Shown here piece after piece: positions 56,163 to 64,000 of a DNA stretch of 64,000 nt. Each line of letters begins with the position of its first letter. The first letter of the stretch is position 1. The stretch covers positions 1,440,001 to 1,504,000 of the forward strand of contig CAVWVI010000003.1 in assembly GCA_963758495.1 (NCBI GenBank), read 5' to 3'. The translations under genes were made by a program, and so were the position numbers. The notes beneath the pieces were generated by a model. It did no database searches, had not been told where the DNA came from, and worked only from the letters and a program-made list of their open reading frames with translations. Source of the stretch: Oligoflexia bacterium. GTDB lineage: Bacteria > Bdellovibrionota > UBA1018.

Positions 56163-57669
56163 ATGGAATCTTTAAAAATAATTCGCCCTGAATTACTGAG
56201 TTTGAGTCAAAGCCAAATTCATGCTTTAATGCCTTATTTTTGGACTTTTGGCGGTACTTTGGTGGCGGTTTTAGCAAGTGTGTCTCGATTGCTAAAACCA
56301 AAGTGGCCTGTATTTATTATTACAGTTTTAACCTGTATTGCAGGCATTTTCTTCTCGTTGGATCTGGTACCTCAAAGCCCTGTTTCACTGTTTAATGGGA
56401 TGATGATTTCTGATCCTTACTCAAATATCTTCAATATCGTTTTCTTATCCTCGGTTTGTCTCACTTCTTTTTCTTCGTTACGCTATCTCGATAAGGAGAA
56501 GTTACAACATCCAGAATATTATATTTTGATGCTGTTTTCTGCATTGGGTATGATGTTGATGGTTTCCTCACTGGATCTCATTGTGATCTTTATTGCGTTA
56601 GAGCTCATGTCTCTCGCTGTTTATGTATTAGTAGGATTTCGAAGGGCCGACCGGAAATCTAATGAAGCCTCAATGAAGTACTTTATTTTAGGATCGGCAG
56701 CTTCTGCGGTCCTTCTCTATGGGGCAGCCCTTCTTTATGGGTGCAGTGGCTCTACGGGCATCAAGTCTATTTTTTCTGTAATTCAGTCTCATCCTGAAAA
56801 TGTGAGCCCTGTTTTTATTTTAGGAGCAGCGTTAGTGCTTTTTGGATTTTTATTTAAGATTGCAGCGGTGCCTTTTCACATGTGGATGCCTGATGTTTAT
56901 GAGGGTGCTCCTACCCCGATTACAGGATTTATGACGACTGGCTCTCAAAGCCGCTGCGATTGCTACGTTAGTTCGAGTCTTTATCGCTTTAGGGTATGGA
57001 GCGGGTCTTTCGGAGTCGTTCCAGAGTCATATTCATGACGTATTATGGGTATGCGCTATTGCCACACTTGTAGTAGGCAATTTTGTCGCACTGACTCAAA
57101 CCAATTTGAAGAGAATGTTGGCTTTTTCATCCATTGCTCATACAGGGTATCTCTTAATCGGAATTATTTCCGGCTCAAAGAGTGAACTTGGATTTGCGCC
57201 TGTTGTTTTTTATATTATCGTTTATGCCATAATGAATTTAGGTGCTTTCGTCGTGCTCACTCTTTTGGCAGGGCGAGAAGATACTGGACTCAATCTTCAT
57301 GATTTTTCAGGAATTTCACGGAGGCATCCTTGGTTAGCATTTGCGATGGCGGTCCTTTTGCTGTCTATGGCGGGAATTCCACCGACTGCTGGGTTTACCG
57401 CTAAATATATCCTTTTTTACTCAGCTATTCAGGCAAATGAAATTATACTGGTAGTGATTGGCGTGCTTTGTAGTGCTGTTTCAGTATATTATTATCTCAG
57501 GGTCTTGGTTTACATGTACATGCGTGATCCGATTGGTAGTCCAGCAACTCTACGTGTGTCAGTTTGGTCCGGTTTCGCTTTAGCTGCAATGGTTCTATTA
57601 ACTTTCCAGTTCGGTATTTTGCCAGCTTGGATAGTTGACATAGCAAAAAAAGCTGTGACCAGCTTGTAA
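56163..57669 (+). CDS. nuoN: NADH-quinone oxidoreductase subunit N (frameshift near 56943)
   Basis: IALELMS, FKIAAVPFHMWMPDVYEGAP in the first ORF; KRMLAFSSIAH, GIPPTAGF in the second. Confidence 0.93.
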
Positions 57670-57704
57670 AAACAGGGATCCTGCCTCCAGGGAGGGCGGC
57701 CAGG

Positions 57705-60700
57705 ATGGAGCTGAACAAAAAGCAGACCTATAAAATTAAGTTATCATCGGGTCGAATATTAGGTCCTTTGGATCTCGAACGGATTCAGCTTCTTATTTTA
57801 AAGAATCAAATCGTAGGTACAGAGGTTGCCCGAGAATATCCTCAAGGCGATTGGCAAAATATTAATCAAATACCCAAAATCGCTGAATTATTGATTAGCA
57901 AAATTGAAAAAGATTTAGGGCAAAGCATTCTTGATAAGCCAATCGATGCCACTCAAGGATTAAGTTTCCAAACAAAAACTGCAGTGCTACCTGGAGCAAC
58001 CCAAGTCCTTACTACAAATTCATGGGGTTCTTTACCTTCCCTCGAGACGAATAGTCAATTAGATGAGCAAAAAGTCGAAGGTATTGGACCCAATTCAGAA
58101 GAAGATCAGGACAGGACACTCGTGGGGAGTTTAGAGCCTCTGTTGGAAATCATAGCTCAGCCCGAAGATCAGGAGCAAAAAACCCGTATTTCGAGTGAGA
58201 GTGCTGAAGTAGTTTTAGATCATGTAGTTTTGGAAAATAATAGTGACAGGGATGTCTTTAAACAGGCTTTGGGGGGGGCTAATCGTCAAATCTCTCAAGA
58301 AAAGACCATTGTTTTTCAAGGGAAGCCTCGGGGTGTTGACGGTACTGGGGCTAAGAAATCAAAAGTGAGAGAAATGGTGGTGGGGCTGATTCTCGCTCTT
58401 GTTTTAGGTACCTTGGGTTACGATCTTTTATTGCCTGAGCCGGAGAGTTCGCAAATAGTACGGATGGCTCCCATAAGACCCCAGCTTCCTGGTTATATCC
58501 AGGGGCGATCTGATCCGGCCAAAAGTGTTCAAATCTACAATGAGGCAATGAAATTTTATGTGGCAGATACTGTGCAAGGATACAAAATCGCGGCCGATAA
58601 GCTCAGGTTATCAGCATCCTATGATATTAATAATGTGAAGTCGCTTGCCATGCTCGCATCAAGCTATTTGAATCTAATTGATTCTTCCAATAAGGATGAA
58701 AATTATTTCTCAGTTATTTCAAAATTAATTGAAATGTCCAGGGCTAAGGCTATTGATTTGGCGGAAGCTGTAGTTGCAGATGTAGAGTTTTATATCGTTG
58801 TAAACAAACCAGAAGCTGCACAAAATCGACTTGTAGAATACACGAAGTCTCACCAAAATTATGGACCAGAGATGTTCTATTATCTTGCGCTCACATTTTT
58901 TTCCAGGGGTGATGCAGGAAATGGAGCGAAGTATTTAGCGGATATTCCCGATAATAAAGTATATAGCTCAAAAATATTTTATTTGAGAGGAATGATAGCA
59001 GAAAATTTGAATGATTTTGATTCAGCGATGAGAGAATATCAAAAAGCAATTAAGTTCAATCCGAGTCATGTAAAATCTCGGCTTAAATTAGCTAGTTTGA
59101 TGAGTAAAAATGGCAAATTGAGTGATGCCGCTAGCCATCTTGAATTTATTCTCGGGCATCAAAATTTGATCTCTTCAAAGGAGTTGGGATTGGCTTATTA
59201 TCTCTATGCTCAATTTGAAGAGATCGGTAAAAAATGGAATTTAGCATTAGGCGATGTAGAACGCGCAGTTAAACTGGATCCTGATAACCATAATTATCTT
59301 TTGGAATTGTATACCTTGAGAGCAAAAGCGGGAGAATCCATTCAGGCTGCTCAGAAACAGGCACGAATGTATTACTATTTAGGCGAGGGTGAGAAGCTGA
59401 TTCAGCTGGGAAAATTCCAAGATGCGCTTGTCCCTCTTCTTCAAGCACGAGAGTCAAATACTGAATCCCCACTTCCTTTAGTGAAGATAGGGGATATGTT
59501 TAATTATTTGCACAATATAGAAAATGCGAGAGTGAATTATAAACTTGCCGCAGAGCGCGCTCCGAAGGATATTCAGGTTTGGTCTAAATATATAGAAAGT
59601 CTAATTGATACTTTTGAATGGGAAGAAGCCAGTCAGGCAATGGATAAATTTCGAAAACTTCCTGTAAGTCAAAGTTCAATTGATAAGGCAGCCGCCGATA
59701 TGTATCAAAAGCAGGGTTATTTTATCGAAGCCCAGACTTTTTACAAAAAAGCTATGGCTCGTGATTCCATTGATCCAGACGTTTATATTGCCTATGCCAA
59801 GAGTCTCATGTCGATAAAAAACTTTAAAGATGCCCCCTTCTTTTTTGCGCTGGCACTTCGATTCGATCCACTCAATATAGATGCTATCATTAATACAAGC
59901 AAATGTGTCGCAGAGACTGAATCCATTGATAAAGCGATCAGTATGTTGCAAGAGGAGCTTCAGAAAGGGGCGGGCGCTCGCGCAGAGTATTTAGCGGCAA
60001 TTGCGGAATTTCAGATTCAAAGGGGGGATTGGCAACAAGCCCAGCAAAACATAGATCAAGCTATGCAGGTCAATCCTGATTATGCATATACATGGAAACT
60101 CCAAGCTCAGATTTTTATGAATCAGGAACAGACTGACAAAGGGGCTTTGGATAAAGCGCAATTAGCATTCAAGTCCTATTCAGATAGAAATCCATCAGAT
60201 CCGTCGGGCTATTTAGAGCGGTATAAAATTTTTATAAAAAAAGCAGATTTCGAAAAAGCGAAAGAAGAGTTAAATCGAATTTTTGCAATTTATCCAAAAT
60301 ATCCAAATTTGCATTTTTATTTAGGAACCTTATATTCAGTCCAAGGAAATCATAATATTGCAGCGGAAGAGTTTAAAAAAGAATTACAAAATAATTCAAA
60401 TAACTTACAAACGGTTCTCTCTTATGGCAAAGAGCTTTTAGAAATGAATCATCCACAGGATGCGCTGACGCAATTCAGCAAAGCAATGCAGATTCTTCCG
60501 ACTTCATCCGATGCGAAACAAAACGCGGCTTGGGCAAATTATCGGTTAAAAAACTATCAGGCTGCAGTCATGCTTATGAAGACGGCGATTACTCTCGATG
60601 TAGCCAATCCGACGCTTTATAAACGGTTAGGTATTATCTATCGGGATACGGCTGACCTTGGAAACGCTTGCGGAGCGTTTAAAAAATATCTCGAGATGGA

Positions 60701-60743
60701 ACCTGATGCGCCGGATAAGAATGAATATCAATCTTGTTTTTGA
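57705..60743 (+). CDS. Large membrane-anchored TPR protein with GYF_2-like N-terminus
   Basis: YKIK..GRILGP..GDW N-terminus, low-complexity linker, one TM segment, many TPR-like repeats. Confidence 0.75.
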   Translation: MELNKKQTYKIKLSSGRILGPLDLERIQLLILKNQIVGTEVAREYPQGDWQNINQIPKIAELLISKIEKDLGQSILDKPIDATQGLSFQTKTAVLPGATQVLTTNSWGSLPSLETNSQLDEQKVEGIGPNSEEDQDRTLVGSLEPLLEIIAQPEDQEQKTRISSESAEVVLDHVVLENNSDRDVFKQALGGANRQISQEKTIVFQGKPRGVDGTGAKKSKVREMVVGLILALVLGTLGYDLLLPEPESSQIVRMAPIRPQLPGYIQGRSDPAKSVQIYNEAMKFYVADTVQGYKIAADKLRLSASYDINNVKSLAMLASSYLNLIDSSNKDENYFSVISKLIEMSRAKAIDLAEAVVADVEFYIVVNKPEAAQNRLVEYTKSHQNYGPEMFYYLALTFFSRGDAGNGAKYLADIPDNKVYSSKIFYLRGMIAENLNDFDSAMREYQKAIKFNPSHVKSRLKLASLMSKNGKLSDAASHLEFILGHQNLISSKELGLAYYLYAQFEEIGKKWNLALGDVERAVKLDPDNHNYLLELYTLRAKAGESIQAAQKQARMYYYLGEGEKLIQLGKFQDALVPLLQARESNTESPLPLVKIGDMFNYLHNIENARVNYKLAAERAPKDIQVWSKYIESLIDTFEWEEASQAMDKFRKLPVSQSSIDKAAADMYQKQGYFIEAQTFYKKAMARDSIDPDVYIAYAKSLMSIKNFKDAPFFFALALRFDPLNIDAIINTSKCVAETESIDKAISMLQEELQKGAGARAEYLAAIAEFQIQRGDWQQAQQNIDQAMQVNPDYAYTWKLQAQIFMNQEQTDKGALDKAQLAFKSYSDRNPSDPSGYLERYKIFIKKADFEKAKEELNRIFAIYPKYPNLHFYLGTLYSVQGNHNIAAEEFKKELQNNSNNLQTVLSYGKELLEMNHPQDALTQFSKAMQILPTSSDAKQNAAWANYRLKNYQAAVMLMKTAITLDVANPTLYKRLGIIYRDTADLGNACGAFKKYLEMEPDAPDKNEYQSCF

Positions 60744-60762
60744 TAGTTTTCAGCAGACCCAA

Positions 60763-61662
60763 TTATTTAGGGAGAATGTGTTTTAGAACTTCACATTCTT
60801 CAGCAGTTTCATCTGGCGTGTTCACTTTAAGAACAAAAAGATGCACTCCTTTAGACTTTTTGAAAGTTTGAATCATATTTTTAATATTTATGGCAGAATC
60901 ATCAGCAAAAAAGATACAGTCGTAGTCGAGTAATTCATGAGGATTTGATTTTTTAAGATAGTCTAAAAAAGCTTGGAATACTCTGCCTTTATTCTGTCCT
61001 GAAACTGATAATACCCCATTTGAAAAACTGAGCATTCCCTTCATATCCTCACAAGATTTTATTCTTAAAAACGTATCATCTTGGTCTGCAAGCTCAAGTT
61101 TGGGAGGGTGACTGGAGTAAAAAAAATATGGATTTTTGTGCGTCAGATTAAAGGTAAATGCCTCGGAAGCTTTAGCGGATTTTAAAGCTGAATTGAGAGC
61201 TTTATAAGTTTCTAATTGATCTTTTTTTAGAATAAAATCCTTGGCCCTATGATTTTTCTTATAATTTTCACATATTTTATAATATTTGTTCATGATTGTA
61301 GGTTGAGGCCATATAGATTCATCAAAAAGGAGAGCAGCCCTGGCGGTTAAACCTAAGGTGGTAAACCTGTGCTTTTCTAATTTTTCCCAGTAAGTGGGGC
61401 TATTTCTTATAGGTATTACGCTTCCCGGTAAAAGAGTAGTGAGGATGGTGTCATCAATATCAAAAATGGCCAGCTTATTTTTACAACTCACTTGATCTAT
61501 CATTTTGATGACGTCGTCTATTTCAATATGAGGTGAATTGACACCGCATTTCAAATTGGTCGCCTTAGATCCAGAACTCCCGGATAGTGCACTTTGGGAA
61601 GTAAATAAAATAAAAATATAAAATAGGATCAAAGAAGATTGAAATAGGCAGTTTCTAGTCAT
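60763..61662 (-). CDS. Putative exported HAD-superfamily protein
   Basis: Signal-like N-terminus, IFDIDDT, LTAR, NKG, FFADDS. Confidence 0.65.
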   Translation of the reverse strand: MTRNCLFQSSLILFYIFILFTSQSALSGSSGSKATNLKCGVNSPHIEIDDVIKMIDQVSCKNKLAIFDIDDTILTTLLPGSVIPIRNSPTYWEKLEKHRFTTLGLTARAALLFDESIWPQPTIMNKYYKICENYKKNHRAKDFILKKDQLETYKALNSALKSAKASEAFTFNLTHKNPYFFYSSHPPKLELADQDDTFLRIKSCEDMKGMLSFSNGVLSVSGQNKGRVFQAFLDYLKKSNPHELLDYDCIFFADDSAINIKNMIQTFKKSKGVHLFVLKVNTPDETAEECEVLKHILPK

Positions 61663-61774
61663 AGTTTATATGATAATGTATAATTTATAAAATCTATATA
61701 AATTCAAATGCTAGAATGAATTTTGCTTGCGGTTGTGCCTGGCGTTAAAAGAGAAAAAGGATTTATTTTTTTTC

Positions 61775-62266
61775 TCAAGGGGTTAGGATTGTACCAATGG
61801 GGTTTTCTAGATCCTTGGGTTCAGTCTGGGGGCTAAATCGCTCTACTACATTTCCATGGCGGTCAATTAGGAACTTAGTAAAGTTCCACTTGATTGCTTG
61901 GGTACCCAGGATTCCCTTTTTCTCATTTTTTAAATACTCGTAAAGAGGATGGGCATCAGCCCCATTTACTTCAATTTTAGAAAACATTGGAAAAGTCACG
62001 TTGTAATTCAGGCTGCAGAAATTTTTAATCTCTTCTTCATTGCCGGGCTCTTGATTTCCGAATTGATCACAAGGGAATCCGAGGACGACTAATCCTTTGT
62101 CTTTGTTTTTTTGGTAAAGCGCTTCAAGTCCTGCATATTGATTTGTAAATCCGCATTTACTGGCCACATTTACAATCAATAAAGCCTTATTTTTATATTC
62201 AGCAAGAGTGGTTGTTTTTCCCTCAATTGTTTTTACTTGGAATGAATATAGTTTTGAGTCGTTCAT
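61775..62266 (-). CDS. Glutathione peroxidase
   Basis: VNVASKCG, GFPCDQFGNQEP, KWNFTKFL. Confidence 0.96.
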   Translation of the reverse strand: MNDSKLYSFQVKTIEGKTTTLAEYKNKALLIVNVASKCGFTNQYAGLEALYQKNKDKGLVVLGFPCDQFGNQEPGNEEEIKNFCSLNYNVTFPMFSKIEVNGADAHPLYEYLKNEKKGILGTQAIKWNFTKFLIDRHGNVVERFSPQTEPKDLENPIGTILTP

Positions 62267-63771
62267 TGAGTTCTTCTTTCATTTTTATATACGTCATTTT
62301 TTGGTGATGCGAGTACTACAAGCCATTTTGCAAAGGAGGTTCTAATGGACCTAATTTCAAGCGTTCTACCTTCGCAAAAGGTTGCTGGCAATGGTTTATT
62401 TTCAGAAACAATCGCCAGAGGCAGTTGACTATAATTTGGATGGTCACAGATTGCCCAAGGATGATCCCGGCCGATCGTGCCACTTCTTCCAATAAAAAGC
62501 ATCCTTTGGGGATAAGGGCCGTCGTCACTGACCAGGTGATAGGAGTGGGGGATCAGTGCGTTAGCCTTTTCGCCCATTTTCCAAAAGTCTACGTGCCAAT
62601 AATGAGAATCACGAGCCCAAGTCCATACGTTAAGTCGGATATTATAAATGACTCCCCAAATTAAAAGGATGAATAGAAAGCGATGAAGGGCAAGATGTTT
62701 TTGGGTCCTTGCCAATACGCGGGTCATAAGTAAAAGTGAAAATAAGCAAGTGCCTATAAAATAGTAACTGTGAACCGCTATATGTGTTCCATCTAGGCAA
62801 ATTGCCGCAATCAAAGCCAATAGATAAAGTAGGAGTGGAATCCATTCTCGACTTAAGAGTGCAACTACCACCCAAATCCATCCTACAAACATAGGAAGTC
62901 CGCCTTGATTCAGTTGATCTTTCATTAAGCCGAGGACTCCAGTAAGTCCGACCTCTTTCAGTTGAGTCAGGGGGTCAAAATGAGCGAGTGCAAAAATTTG
63001 CGGACCTTGAGCAAAGCTTAAAATATTTTTTGCATGAACGGTGTACCAGTAAGCAGGTAGTACAATGCTCATGAGCGTAGCCATTACATACCGAAGAGAA
63101 TATTTACGGTTTTCTTTAATAATTAAGAGAGCAATGACACCTGCGAGCGTAATAATCAGGGTAGGTTTTACAGCGACCCCTAGATTACAAAAGAGAATCC
63201 CTAAAAGGGATTGATTCCACTTTTGAGGAGCGCGTAGAATAAGACAAATTCCAATGATCATTAAAGGAAAAGCCAGGCCTTCAGGCATAATAGTGTTGGT
63301 TTGCTGAGCGAGTGTGGGTGCTGCAAACCAAAGCAACATTCCCATTTTTCCATCGATTTCCACTTTCCAAAACCGGAGCAGGCGAGGTAAATAATGGTAA
63401 GATGTATATAGATTAAGTAAGAGTATAAAAAGCGAGGAAAGAAACACACCCATCCACGGGGAGCCAAAGAGATAGAAAGGCCCCGTTATTACATTGAGGA
63501 GTGGAAATTCAGATGCATTGATTCCATCAGATAGACCTTTTTGAAGAACCTGAGGGTAGATGATAAAATCTAGTGCAGCAATACCACGTGTTTGAAGTTC
63601 TTGCGCAAACATCATCGACATTCCAATGGTGTCAGATTGTCTATAGGTGTGAGCGCCACTCGGATGAATTGAAAATCTTTGCAATGATGTTGCAACAAAA
63701 ATACTGATGAGGATAATAATGATTTGTGCAAGACGCTTTGGAGAAGTCATAATATAAAAATTTTTTATCAT
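62263..63771 (-). CDS. GT-C (ArnT/PMT-like) membrane glycosyltransferase
   Basis: HTYRQSDT, EFPL, MPE, VKP motifs; about 10 or more hydrophobic segments. Confidence 0.65.
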   Translation of the reverse strand: MIKNFYIMTSPKRLAQIIIILISIFVATSLQRFSIHPSGAHTYRQSDTIGMSMMFAQELQTRGIAALDFIIYPQVLQKGLSDGINASEFPLLNVITGPFYLFGSPWMGVFLSSLFILLLNLYTSYHYLPRLLRFWKVEIDGKMGMLLWFAAPTLAQQTNTIMPEGLAFPLMIIGICLILRAPQKWNQSLLGILFCNLGVAVKPTLIITLAGVIALLIIKENRKYSLRYVMATLMSIVLPAYWYTVHAKNILSFAQGPQIFALAHFDPLTQLKEVGLTGVLGLMKDQLNQGGLPMFVGWIWVVVALLSREWIPLLLYLLALIAAICLDGTHIAVHSYYFIGTCLFSLLLMTRVLARTQKHLALHRFLFILLIWGVIYNIRLNVWTWARDSHYWHVDFWKMGEKANALIPHSYHLVSDDGPYPQRMLFIGRSGTIGRDHPWAICDHPNYSQLPLAIVSENKPLPATFCEGRTLEIRSIRTSFAKWLVVLASPKNDVYKNERRTQ

Positions 63772-63867
63772 TTCTCAGCAGAGTAGCGGATTAATTTTAG
63801 TGAGTAAATAGTCCAACTTTGACCTATCATTGAGTCTTCAATTTAATATTTGGGAGGTTTAGATTCA

Positions 63868-64000
63868 ATGCATACACCCAGTTCTTCTGCTCCATCTGTG
63901 TCCAATCGAGTTGACAACGAAACCATACTTCTCGTTGAAGATGAAACCCAGCTTCGCGTGCTTGTCGCAAGTGGTTTGCGTCGGCATGGTTATCAGGTGC
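63868..64000 (+). CDS. Response-regulator receiver domain protein (3' truncated by window)
   Basis: GGAGG upstream; translation ..ETILLVEDETQLRVLVASGLRRHGYQV. Confidence 0.8.
   Translation, partial: MHTPSSSAPSVSNRVDNETILLVEDETQLRVLVASGLRRHGYQV

Overview
Replication-origin region of a bacterial chromosome. The gene set (F0 atpB/atpE separated from the F1 genes, pdxA-surA-mfd, TPR proteins) resembles Bdellovibrionota or deltaproteobacteria; this is an inference. Left part: aldehyde dehydrogenase, a frameshifted dnaA divergent from rpmH-rnpA-yidD-yidC-mnmE-hbd-crt-acyl-CoA dehydrogenase, an oriC with 17 perfect DnaA boxes and DnaA-trios, then dnaN-recF-gyrB-gyrA, a TPR protein and atpZ/I-atpB-atpE. 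An AT-rich accessory segment (~20.2-24.45 kb) carries a 72-bp hairpin, an array of seven 31-bp covarying palindromes and a gene fusing an ORF6N domain to a copy of DnaA domain IV. Related palindromes inside decayed ORF6N fragments lie at 20481 and beside oriC at 9612. After uvrA-pgm-pdxA-surA-mfd come two tandem complex I operons. The first is an intact 11-gene set (no EFG) that has lost most quinone-binding and proton-pumping residues. The second is a canonical 14-gene nuoA-N set with several single-base frameshifts, probably sequencing errors. The window ends with a large TPR protein, a HAD-like protein, glutathione peroxidase, a GT-C glycosyltransferase and a partial receiver-domain gene. 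No tRNA, rRNA, cas gene or transposase was recognised.
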